DNA of 62,595 bases, the filler included, from an uncultured Methanosarcinales archaeon (GTDB lineage: Archaea; Nanobdellota; Nanobdellia; Woesearchaeales; JABMPP01): the NCBI GenBank assembly GCA_964604995.1. It is 6 parts of 5 records of this genome, joined end to end, with 100 filler letters (N's around TTAATTAATTAA, not from the genome) between each part and the next. Parts side by side here need not be neighbours in the genome. Positions count along the whole stretch, not along the records: positions 45,364 to 62,595 come from CAZSAD010000033.1; 5 more parts are not named here. One strand, given 5' to 3'. The translations under genes and the position numbers were made by a program. Positions 53,224-62,112 of this stretch are shown here, one piece after another. A model generated the notes under the pieces. The model was not told where the DNA came from and ran no database searches. It saw only the letters and a program-made list of their open reading frames with translations. Each line of letters opens with the position of its first letter. The stretch's first letter is position 1.

Positions 53224-53498
53224 GCAGTAAAAGAGATAGGATTACAATAATGAATGATATTTTAGAATTTGTTAAAGATAAGAATGGCAAAGCAAGGCCA
53301 ACCCATATTATGTATAGAGCAAACTTATCAAATGATATGCTAAATGAATATATCAAAGAATTATTAGTCAAAGAATTTATCAATGAAATAAAAGATAAAA
53401 ATGAAAAAAGAACTTATGAATTAACTGATAAAGGATTCAAATTTTTAACAGAATACAATCATATGAAGACATTCTTGGAATCGTATGATTTAAATTAA
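53220..53498 (+). CDS. Winged-helix transcriptional regulator
   Basis: KRDRITIMNDIL, PTHIMYRANLS, YELTDKG; ATGA overlap with the 7TM gene. Confidence 0.88.
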   Translation: MSSKRDRITIMNDILEFVKDKNGKARPTHIMYRANLSNDMLNEYIKELLVKEFINEIKDKNEKRTYELTDKGFKFLTEYNHMKTFLESYDLN

Positions 53499-53537
53499 AA
53501 CAATAAAGTTTTAAATTGTATATTTCTCTAAGAATAT

Positions 53538-53909
53538 ATGGAAGATGGGCATTATGATTTTGCAAAGGATGTTGATCCTGTAAAATTTGTACTAGATGAA
53601 AGAATTAGTTTTCTACACGGTTTTGTTAAATATGTTAATTTGTTAAAGCGTCTTGAAATAGAAGATGAGAAATTTTTAAGAATTGGAAGAATGATGGCAC
53701 GTTATGTAAATAATTATCGATTAGTATTAAATTCATCCCATGGAAGAATGCCAGACAAAAAAGCAGAAAGTTTACTTTCAGTACTTGGAGAATCTATGGA
53801 TAAGATATGGGAAAATAGAAATACTGAAAATTCAGATATGAGGCCTACTGCAGATAAAGTTATAATGGGATATGAAAGTTTATTTGATTATATCTCTACG
53901 TTAAAATAA
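53538..53909 (+). CDS. Hypothetical protein
   Basis: 123-aa ORF with TATA-like upstream. Confidence 0.55.
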   Translation: MEDGHYDFAKDVDPVKFVLDERISFLHGFVKYVNLLKRLEIEDEKFLRIGRMMARYVNNYRLVLNSSHGRMPDKKAESLLSVLGESMDKIWENRNTENSDMRPTADKVIMGYESLFDYISTLK

Positions 53910-53996
53910 TGGGTTGGAAAAGTATTGAAAAAAAGATTAAAGAAATGCCCCACATATATTATCACATAGAAGAATTGCCTAGATAGGATTTGATTA

Positions 53997-54908
53997 TTAA
54001 ATATCGGATTTTTTGGACATTAAATATACTGCATAAATCATAACTACTCCTGCAGTTAACTGAATTAAAGAAATTGGCTCTTTTAAAATTATAAATGCAG
54101 ATATTGCACCAAATAAAGAGGATGTAGAGAATATTACAACTGTTTTCATTGAACCAATCATCCTTAAAGATAATAAAAATAAAACTATAGATAACCCAAT
54201 ACTGAAAAATCCAACAAATAAAAGATAAGGTATTTGTGTTAGAGTGATATTGAAGGGGATTTGCAAAATAATTGCAATCAACAAAACTGCTCCTCCTCCA
54301 ATCAATGATTTTAAAGAAGCTACTTTTATTACATCATTTTCTATACTAAGTTTTTTGCTTAAAGAATTGTCTAGTGCCCAAAAAAATGTTCCGCCAATAA
54401 TAAATAGATTGCCAACTATTTTGTCAGTTAAATTAATTTCTGATAGATTAAGATTTGTTGTTATTGCTATTGCAGCAAAAAATAAAAGGACCATAGCAAA
54501 ATAATCTTTTTTGCTTGCTCTTTCTTTAAGAAATAAAAATGCAATCAAAACTGTAAATAAAACTTCAGTATTGAGTAATAATGATGCATTTACAGCAGTT
54601 GAAATATTTAACCCGTATAAAAAAAGAAAGGGAGCTATAAAAGCGCCACAAATTGCAACTATAATTAAATATAGCCAATCATTTTTATGCAATTTTTTAT
54701 TTTCAATATTTATTTTGAATTTATCTGATATTTTTTTAAAAGAAATTAGATAATGAATTAATGCAAGTAAGATTCCTGCACTAAAATATATTAACCCTGC
54801 AACTACAAGAGGATGCATATCTTTTAGAACAACTTTGTTTAAAGTTGCACTTATTCCAAAAAGAAATGCTGCCAGTAAAGAATAGACATACCCTAAGTGA
54901 TGAGACAT
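53997..54908 (-). CDS. DMT/EamA family transporter
   Basis: 10 TM helices in two repeats; NASLLLNTEVLFT..FLKE. Confidence 0.93.
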   Translation of the reverse strand: MSHHLGYVYSLLAAFLFGISATLNKVVLKDMHPLVVAGLIYFSAGILLALIHYLISFKKISDKFKINIENKKLHKNDWLYLIIVAICGAFIAPFLFLYGLNISTAVNASLLLNTEVLFTVLIAFLFLKERASKKDYFAMVLLFFAAIAITTNLNLSEINLTDKIVGNLFIIGGTFFWALDNSLSKKLSIENDVIKVASLKSLIGGGAVLLIAIILQIPFNITLTQIPYLLFVGFFSIGLSIVLFLLSLRMIGSMKTVVIFSTSSLFGAISAFIILKEPISLIQLTAGVVMIYAVYLMSKKSDI

Positions 54909-55024
54909 ATTGTAAAAATATCTTGGAGTTAGTATATATAATTATTGGAAAATAAATTGTATACACTCAACTAAAATTGATATTTTGAAACGGTAAACTA
55001 TTCTAAACTATAAATTTATAAACT

Positions 55025-55034
55025 NNNNNNNNNN
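55025..55034. other. 10-N scaffold gap
   Basis: Run of ten Ns. Confidence 0.99.
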
Positions 55035-55038
55035 ATGT

Positions 55039-56010
55039 ATGCACATATTAGATATTTTTAGAAGCAAAGAAGCAATTAATGAAATTCTAGCCAAAAACCA
55101 GCTTGATTTTGTAGAAAAAGCAATTAAAATTATTTATGATTATAGTGATACTGGTGATAAAAGATTTAATCTTTTTATGGAACTAAAAAAGCAGTGGCTT
55201 AATGATAAAATTATCAAAGATAAAAATGATTTTTTTCAAAAGATAGATAGGCTTGAAACGATACTAAGTGTTGAGATGATAAGTTCTTATGATGAAGAAA
55301 AAGATGATAAAATAATAATTAAATATATTGAAAAAATTAAACGTATTGAAAAAATACAGTCGAAAGCTAATAATAATCTAACTTTAGAACTAAACAATTA
55401 CCTATCCAAAGAGAGAAATATTTCTTTAGAACTGTACTGGGCATTTAATCATATATACCATTTATTAAAAGCACAAATGCAAGCAATTAAATTACTTAAA
55501 AAAAATAAAACAACACCTCAAGAATTTTTTGATAGTTATGAGGAATATCTAAATAAAGAAATATATTATTTTAAAGCAATAGGTTTTAGAATAGAAAATG
55601 ATCACAAACTCAAAAATCCGAGATTAAAATCATTTTTAGAAGATGCTCAAAATATTGAAAAAATTGAAAATTATGAAAATTTAATTGATAAATTAGAGAA
55701 GAAAATAATTCGAAAATATAAAAAATTTGAAAAAGTTGAGAAAGGAGAAATAATAGATACTTCCCAAATTGCAGAAGATGTAATTGATGATTTACTCGAA
55801 GAATATGGACATCCTTTTAATAATGATAAAGAGATGGAAGAAGCTGTAGAAAGAATATTGGAAAAAATAGATGCAAAAGATACAACAAATCTTGTTAATA
55901 TGATTAAAAAACAAAATACTAAATTAACTGAGAACCAAATAAAAAAGATTGTGAGATTATTACAAAAATCAGGTGACGAGATATTACACGATCATAATTT
56001 TTACACTTAA
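55039..56010 (+). CDS. Hypothetical helical protein
   Basis: 323-aa charged ORF, no recognisable motif. Confidence 0.6.
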   Translation: MHILDIFRSKEAINEILAKNQLDFVEKAIKIIYDYSDTGDKRFNLFMELKKQWLNDKIIKDKNDFFQKIDRLETILSVEMISSYDEEKDDKIIIKYIEKIKRIEKIQSKANNNLTLELNNYLSKERNISLELYWAFNHIYHLLKAQMQAIKLLKKNKTTPQEFFDSYEEYLNKEIYYFKAIGFRIENDHKLKNPRLKSFLEDAQNIEKIENYENLIDKLEKKIIRKYKKFEKVEKGEIIDTSQIAEDVIDDLLEEYGHPFNNDKEMEEAVERILEKIDAKDTTNLVNMIKKQNTKLTENQIKKIVRLLQKSGDEILHDHNFYT

Positions 56011-56068
56011 GAATTGTTTATTTTGTCCTTAAAAATTTTTATGTAAATATTGTGACTTGAAAATCAAT

Positions 56069-56599
56069 TTACAAATTATGTTCTTTTAAAATTTCTTCAA
56101 AAGAATTTAACACTTCAAATTTAGTTTTATTGGAAGTATCAATTATTTTTACATTGAAATCAATTGCTTGCTTTCGAAGAAAATTCAACCAGTTTATCAT
56201 ATCCTTATTAAATAAATGAGGCTGATTTCTGTTTATCGTAAGTCTTTTTTCCATAATTTTTTTATTACAATCGATAAGAATTATTTGATAATTTGTAAAA
56301 TTATTAAATGAGAATCCCTCTTTGATGAACTGCAAATTAACTTGACCTTCAAAAATAATGATTTCGTCGTGATTGTATTCGCTCAATATTTTTTTTACCC
56401 ATTGGAAAGTTTTTTCTTTTTGCCAATTTTCAACAGAACCGAATTGTTTAATCATCTCTTCAGACGTTGGAACTCCAATGGAATCAAAATGCAAAAATAT
56501 CCAATTTTGATTTTGATACTTATTTTTAAGTTCATAAACAAGAGAAGTTTTTCCAACACTTGATGCACCTGTAATAAAAAAAATATGTTTGATTGACAT
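56069..56599 (-). CDS. P-loop nucleoside-kinase-like protein
   Basis: ITGASSVGKT, IIFEG, KRL lid, IIDTS. Confidence 0.8.
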   Translation of the reverse strand: MSIKHIFFITGASSVGKTSLVYELKNKYQNQNWIFLHFDSIGVPTSEEMIKQFGSVENWQKEKTFQWVKKILSEYNHDEIIIFEGQVNLQFIKEGFSFNNFTNYQIILIDCNKKIMEKRLTINRNQPHLFNKDMINWLNFLRKQAIDFNVKIIDTSNKTKFEVLNSFEEILKEHNL

Positions 56600-56638
56600 A
56601 TTATATTTACAGAGTAATACTATTTAACTTTTTGCCAA

Positions 56639-56661
56639 TTTTTCTTTAGAATTATGAGTGC
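56639..56661. repeat. 23-bp direct repeat, copy 1 (copy 2 at 58078-58100 overlaps the tRNA-Leu 3' end)
   Basis: TTTTTCTTTAGAATTATGAGTGC identical in both copies. Confidence 0.92.
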
Positions 56662-56733
56662 AAAAGAAGTGCTTTATTAGACGGAAATATTATTATTACA
56701 TAGTGTTATAACATATAAGTACTTTCTTAACAT

Positions 56734-58071
56734 ATGTCATTAGAAACAGTAGTATTAATACTTGCAGGTGGTCGTGGTACAAGACTTTGGCCACTCACAG
56801 CAGAAAGAAATAAACCTGCAGTTCCTATCGCAGGTAAATATCGTCTGATAGATATTCCTGTAAGCAATGCAATAAATTCTGGTTATGACAAGATATTTGC
56901 TTTGACTCAGGGAATGGATTATTCTTTTAGTAGTCATTTACAGCGTGCGTGGACAACAGAGTTCTTTCAGGTACAAATTGTAAGCCCACAGAATGTTAAA
57001 GGTGATTTTACTGGAAATGCCGATGCTGTAAGGCAAATGATGAACACTGTTGAAAAGTATAACCCTGGTATTGTTTTTGTTGCGTCAGGAGATCATGTAC
57101 TAAAAATGAACTATAATATTATGGTGAAAGAATTGCTTGAAAGTAAAGAAGAAGCTATAATTTCTTTATATATAGAACCTGTTTCCCGCGCAGGAGATCT
57201 TGGTGCGGTGTGTATGGACTCATCTGGAATGGTTACAAAACTAGAAGAAAAAAATTTAAACACAAAACTTCGAGTTCCCGAAAAAGAAAATCATTTTTAT
57301 GCGTCTATGGGAATATATGCTTTTAAAATTCAGGCACTTTTAAAAGCTTTTGCGAATGTAAAAGGAGATGATTTTGCACTTGATATCATACCTTACTTTA
57401 TTGAGAAAGGAACATTAAGAGGATACTCTTTTAGCAAAAACAATAGAATTCCTGGATTTGTAGTTAATAAAAGTGGCAAAGAAGAAGCAGTATCAAATAT
57501 ACCTGACTCTCAATACTGGGAAGATTTGGGTGATATAGGTAAATATTTTAAATTTCATTTGGCTTTATTAGGTGGCAACCCCGAATTTTCTTTTAGTTCA
57601 CCAATATCACGATATAATCAACAAAATAAACAAGATTGGTGGCCAATAAGAACTGAAACAAGAACAGAGATTGTACCTCCGGTATTTTCCTCTTCTACAT
57701 TAGTTGCTGATTCTATAGTTAATGAAGGGGTTAATTTAAATAATGTTAATGCAAAAAAAGTAATCTTTGCCCCTAGTGTATATTCCAGGCAGTCAATTTT
57801 TGAAAATTGTATTATTGGTGAAGGAGCAATAATTATGAATTCTAATTTAACTAATGTAATTGTAGATAAACTTGCTATTGTAAAAGGATTAAAGCTTGGA
57901 CCAAATTTTATTCCTGAAAATGTAATCCAACATTCAAATCAGGGTACATTATACAAAACTAAAGGAGGGATAATATTTCGAGATCCAACAGGTATTTTTG
58001 TAATTCCCAAATATTATGGTACCTCTAATTTTTCTGAAAAATTGTATCGTTCGATACCCAATATAAGTTAA
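56734..58071 (+). CDS. glgC: Glucose-1-phosphate adenylyltransferase, bacterial type
   Basis: ILAGGRGTRL.PLT..RNKPAVP.AGKYRLID, GNADAV, SGDH, ASMGIY, YWEDLG. Confidence 0.88.
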   Translation: MSLETVVLILAGGRGTRLWPLTAERNKPAVPIAGKYRLIDIPVSNAINSGYDKIFALTQGMDYSFSSHLQRAWTTEFFQVQIVSPQNVKGDFTGNADAVRQMMNTVEKYNPGIVFVASGDHVLKMNYNIMVKELLESKEEAIISLYIEPVSRAGDLGAVCMDSSGMVTKLEEKNLNTKLRVPEKENHFYASMGIYAFKIQALLKAFANVKGDDFALDIIPYFIEKGTLRGYSFSKNNRIPGFVVNKSGKEEAVSNIPDSQYWEDLGDIGKYFKFHLALLGGNPEFSFSSPISRYNQQNKQDWWPIRTETRTEIVPPVFSSSTLVADSIVNEGVNLNNVNAKKVIFAPSVYSRQSIFENCIIGEGAIIMNSNLTNVIVDKLAIVKGLKLGPNFIPENVIQHSNQGTLYKTKGGIIFRDPTGIFVIPKYYGTSNFSEKLYRSIPNIS

Positions 58072-58097
58072 TTGTATTTTTTCTTTAGAATTATGAG

Positions 58098-58209
58098 TGC
58101 GGGAGGAGGGATTCGAACCCCCGAACCCACTAAGGGACAGGATTGCATAAGAAACATTTAATGCATCCTCTTAAGTCCTGCACGTTTGGCCAGACTTCGC
58201 TACTCCCGC
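58098..58209 (-). tRNA. tRNA-Leu(TAA) with a 26-nt intron at 37/38 (58144-58169)
   Basis: Acceptor GCGGGAG/CTCCCGC-A, anticodon stem CAGGA/TCCTG, long variable arm, GGTTCGAATCC; no encoded CCA. Confidence 0.93.
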
Positions 58210-58314
58210 AAAAGAAAAGAAAAAAGATGAATATATAAACTTTTATATCTAAAGAAGCGTAAAGTTTATTAAAAACAGATTTATTGTTCCTTACTAAGAG
58301 GTTGGGAGGATAAA

Positions 58315-58665
58315 ATGCCACAAGTAACAGGAGAAAAAATTGGACATGATCCTATGATAATGCCTATTAAAGAGAGAAAGAAAGCTAATGTATTAATTGT
58401 TGATCCTCAGTTTACTCGTTTTGCACATAACTGGGAAGTAAGTGAAAGTTTAAAAGAAATGTTAAATGTTGATACTATTGATTATACAAATATTTCCGAT
58501 ATAGTAAATATAGATTTATCCAATGAAAAATTTGATGCTGTTGTAAGGCAAGATGGAATAGCATTAGAAGAAATATATAAAACTATGAAAAATAATGGAA
58601 TCAAAAATCCAGAATTATATCAAGAAAAGATGTATGTATCTGAATTAGAATATGCAGGAAAATAA
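58315..58665 (+). CDS. Hypothetical protein
   Basis: GGAGG RBS; TAATG coupling to the next gene. Confidence 0.6.
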   Translation: MPQVTGEKIGHDPMIMPIKERKKANVLIVDPQFTRFAHNWEVSESLKEMLNVDTIDYTNISDIVNIDLSNEKFDAVVRQDGIALEEIYKTMKNNGIKNPELYQEKMYVSELEYAGK

Positions 58666-59237
58666 TGGCAAAAAAAAGTATTGTTCAAAAAACAAACAAC
58701 TGGATTAAATATTGTATTGGTTGGTTAGTTTGCCTTCTAATTAGATTAATACCCTTTAGAGCAATAATGTTACCAAATATTGAACCTGTTATGGGAACAA
58801 TTATGCCTTTTGCAAAGAAGTTCAAATGGTTAAGCGGCTTTGTTTTTGGATTTTTATCAATTGTAATTTATGATATTATTACTCAAAAAGTTGGTTCTTG
58901 GACGTGGATTACAGCTGTTATGTACGGACTTATTGGAGTTGGAGCTGGATTTTATTTACAAAATAAAAAGAATAAAATTAGATATTATGTTGGATATTCA
59001 ATTGTTGCAACACTAATTTATGATGCAATAACTGGAATTGTTATGGGCCATTATCTTTGGAATATGGAATGGAGCGTTGCTTTCTTTGGACAAATTCCAT
59101 TTACACTTTACCATCTTGGCGGCAATATAGTTTTTGCTGCATTCTTAAGTCCTGCGATTTATAGATGGGTTGTTGATAATAAAAATTTAGAAACAACAAA
59201 TGTTGTACAAAAAGTTAAGCATGCTTTTAGTGCATAA
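58665..59237 (+). CDS. ECF transporter S component
   Basis: PNIEP, GSWTWIT, YDAITG, IPFTLYH..GN; about 6 TM helices. Confidence 0.75.
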   Translation: MAKKSIVQKTNNWIKYCIGWLVCLLIRLIPFRAIMLPNIEPVMGTIMPFAKKFKWLSGFVFGFLSIVIYDIITQKVGSWTWITAVMYGLIGVGAGFYLQNKKNKIRYYVGYSIVATLIYDAITGIVMGHYLWNMEWSVAFFGQIPFTLYHLGGNIVFAAFLSPAIYRWVVDNKNLETTNVVQKVKHAFSA

Positions 59238-59302
59238 AAAATAAAAGAATATTTGAATATTTTTCTAAAATAAAATTTAAATTAGATTTTTAGAGATTAT
59301 CT

Positions 59303-59773
59303 TTATATTTGAAGTAGTTCTTTTATAACAGCAACATATTTTTCAGAAGGAAAAGTTGGCATAATTTTATTTGCACCTTCACTAAGAAATTTTGCATAGT
59401 TGTTAGTATCATAATGATGGATACTATGTAATAAAAGAACAGGTGTATCTTTATTTGGAGAATTTTCTGCTCTAATTATATCAGTTAGTAATTGCGAACT
59501 ATATTTGGTAAATGCCTCAGGTGTAGAAATTGCAAGACGCTTAGAACTTTCTGAATTTGAGAAGTGCGGAAGACCAGAAGGATTCATAATTATAAGATCT
59601 TTTCTTTTGTTTGAAAGAACTTGCGCAGCAGAATCATAACTATCAAACATATCATAATTAGGAGAACCATGGGAAGATATATCTACAAGTTCACGAGTGA
59701 CATTAAAGAGCCATAAAAGTTCTCTAGCAACTATTGCAATATTTATATTAACAATATTCTCGTCATCATCCAT
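59303..59773 (-). CDS. Degenerate response-regulator receiver-like protein
   Basis: DLIIMN, PNKDTPVLLL, FLSEGANKI. Confidence 0.5.
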   Translation of the reverse strand: MDDDENIVNINIAIVARELLWLFNVTRELVDISSHGSPNYDMFDSYDSAAQVLSNKRKDLIIMNPSGLPHFSNSESSKRLAISTPEAFTKYSSQLLTDIIRAENSPNKDTPVLLLHSIHHYDTNNYAKFLSEGANKIMPTFPSEKYVAVIKELLQI

Positions 59774-59846
59774 TGTAACTATTTAATAAGAGTGAATTAT
59801 TTAAAAAGCTATGCAAAAAAATATTGAGAATATTAGTAGTATATGA

Positions 59847-60353
59847 TTAATACCTATACAAATTCAAAAATGATTTTATTTGATTCTTTAAGTCTGAACA
59901 TTCATTAGCAAGGCCAGACTCGTATCTTTCATTATTTACTTTGTAAACATATTGATCAAATATTGCACGCATAAAATAAAACATTGGCTTTTTTTCCCAC
60001 CTATGTTCATAGTCAAGTTCCATAAAACCATCGATTTGTACTTCGACATCACCTTGATTTACTTTAACTTTCTTGCCATCTTTTTCTATTGATACTTCTT
60101 TAAGATTTTGAATAACTAAGGTTACTCTTATTACATATTTTGCATAGTCAGTAATTTTTCTATAAGGTTCACTTATGACTTCAATTTGCTTTCCTGTAGG
60201 ATAAACATGCTCATAATTTCTTAGCTCGTGCTTTGTGTATGCCCTTTCTCTAAAATAATAATCAATTAATTTGTAGAGTTCAACTACATCAAATAAGCCA
60301 GAATATCCCACTTTTGAACCATCAACAATTATTCTTCTTTCCATTTTTACCAC
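59847..60353 (-). CDS. Conserved hypothetical protein, paralog A
   Basis: YSGLFD..LYK, KVNQG, LDYEHRWE. Confidence 0.75.
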   Translation of the reverse strand: MVKMERRIIVDGSKVGYSGLFDVVELYKLIDYYFRERAYTKHELRNYEHVYPTGKQIEVISEPYRKITDYAKYVIRVTLVIQNLKEVSIEKDGKKVKVNQGDVEVQIDGFMELDYEHRWEKKPMFYFMRAIFDQYVYKVNNERYESGLANECSDLKNQIKSFLNLYRY

Positions 60354-60410
60354 ATAAATTTAAATTATTTGATTTAATTAATTTCAATTTAACTAACTTC
60401 GAATATTAAT

Positions 60411-60944
60411 TTACCACATATCAGGAAACTGGTTCCCTCTTGCTTGCATATCAAACCATTGTTTTATTGCTTCTTGCAAATTATGAGCTTCATATTCTAT
60501 TTTATCTCCATAAGTTAACATTTTTCTGTAAAATATATATTTTATGTAAAAATCCCTAATTGTTGATTGAAATCTCGTGCCTTCAAACTTGTTTTCGTAG
60601 TCCATTTCAAATTGAACATTAATTTGTATCATGAATCTTCCCTTTTCCAATTTCTTTTTTTTGCCATTTCTTGTTACAGTTATATTAGATAATTCATATG
60701 AATGAAAATATAAATCATAAGTTACTCTTAAAAATTCAGTGTCATTTCTAAAACAATGCACTTTAACTTCCTGTTCATCGCCACTAGTTGGATGTTTGTC
60801 TTTAAAATTTGGCTCATGCCACTCAAATTTTCTTGCATCAAACCAATCATGGAGCATTTTATAGAAACCGTCAAGATCCATAAGACCAGTGTATCTAATA
60901 CTGATATGTTTATCTGGGTCCCATATTGTGCCTTTAACTGACAT
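60411..60944 (-). CDS. Conserved hypothetical protein, paralog B
   Basis: YTGLMD..FYK, KLEKG, MDYENKFE. Confidence 0.75.
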   Translation of the reverse strand: MSVKGTIWDPDKHISIRYTGLMDLDGFYKMLHDWFDARKFEWHEPNFKDKHPTSGDEQEVKVHCFRNDTEFLRVTYDLYFHSYELSNITVTRNGKKKKLEKGRFMIQINVQFEMDYENKFEGTRFQSTIRDFYIKYIFYRKMLTYGDKIEYEAHNLQEAIKQWFDMQARGNQFPDMW

Positions 60945-61087
60945 ATCTAAAAATGTTGAAAAGAGGCTATATATATTTTTCGTACAACTGTTAGGAAGAG
61001 TTCAAAAAAATAAATATAAATGAATAAATAAGAAAGATGTTACTTAATAGTAGTAATATTTATATACTAGTAAATTAAAGAAATTGT

Positions 61088-61864
61088 ATGAGAGAAACAA
61101 AGTTATTAATTGAAAAAGAAGAATATAATAAACTTATGCAATTAGCTTTGTTTTTAGATGAATCTTCATTTTTAATCAAAGCCAAAAAAGAGAAAGATAG
61201 TTTATGGAGATATGATGGCCTTGTAAAAGGAGAATATGGAAAAGAATTTTCAACTCAAAGATTAGGATTAACCTGTGATTTCTCAAAAAAAGGATTAGAA
61301 GAAAATAGTGAAGATTATGTTTTTATTGATGGCCATAGCCATCCAAGACCTGCTGGTACAATCATTCAACCAATGGATGTAGGATTTAGCATTCCTAGAA
61401 CAGAGGAGCTAAAAGCAATGAGAAATAGTTATTTGTCAAAAACAAAAGAAGGCAAAGAATATCTTGCAAAACGTGAAGAGATGATAAAACAATATTTATC
61501 AGAAGTTGATAAAAATAATAAGAATGTTTTATTGGATAAATTAAAAAGTGAATTCAAAAATATCTCAATGGAATTAGGGATATCTAATCTTGTTGATATC
61601 AATGGAATATTAGGCTACATAACAAATGGATTAGATAATAGACTAAATAAAGAAAATATAGAAAAAGATCTTGCACCAAAAAATGGAGATTTGTCTACAA
61701 ATGCTTTATACAGACAAAATAATGTAGGAGGACTTACACTTATTCACCCAAAAAAAGAATATATTGGACAAAATTCATCAATTGATAAATTTGTAATCTC
61801 TGCTCTTCAAATTACTAAAGATAAATGGTATGATATTAAAAAAGTTGATGTTGTTGTTATTTAA
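61088..61864 (+). CDS. JAB/MPN-like domain protein with a large insertion
   Basis: N-terminal strand-helix-E pattern, GHSHP, distant P..GDL, LTLI. Confidence 0.5.
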   Translation: MRETKLLIEKEEYNKLMQLALFLDESSFLIKAKKEKDSLWRYDGLVKGEYGKEFSTQRLGLTCDFSKKGLEENSEDYVFIDGHSHPRPAGTIIQPMDVGFSIPRTEELKAMRNSYLSKTKEGKEYLAKREEMIKQYLSEVDKNNKNVLLDKLKSEFKNISMELGISNLVDINGILGYITNGLDNRLNKENIEKDLAPKNGDLSTNALYRQNNVGGLTLIHPKKEYIGQNSSIDKFVISALQITKDKWYDIKKVDVVVI

Positions 61865-61943
61865 ATTAGAATAAAATAAATTTTTATCGATTGTTTGATA
61901 AAAAGAGTAGAAAATTAAAGAAAAAATAATTTAATAAAAAAAC

Positions 61944-62112
61944 AAAGATAATTTCTAATAATTAAGCTGAACTTCTACATCCTTACCAACAATCCTTATC
62001 AGGATTGATTGGGATGAGCCGATTAAGTTGATGCTTAATCGTCTGAAACTGCAAACTTTCTGCATAAAAGATAATTTTTAATAATTAAGCTGAACTTCTA
62101 CATCCTTACCAA
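61944..62112. repeat. 46-bp direct repeat flanking a 77-bp three-hairpin insert
   Basis: 61944-61989 vs 62067-62112, one mismatch. Confidence 0.92.

Noticed and set aside
59139..59156. GCATTCTTAAGTCCTGCG resembles the tRNA-Leu anticodon region
   Set aside because: Short match inside an intact CDS; consistent with chance
62009..62066. Hammerhead ribozyme (GATGAG-stem-GAAAC-stem) or haloarchaeal-type CRISPR repeat (GTTTCAGACGA on minus strand)
   Set aside because: CUGANGA core and NUH site are missing; single copy with no spacers
61944..62112. DGR template/variable repeat pair
   Set aside because: Only 46 bp with one difference, the A is in the gene copy, and there is no reverse transcriptase in the window
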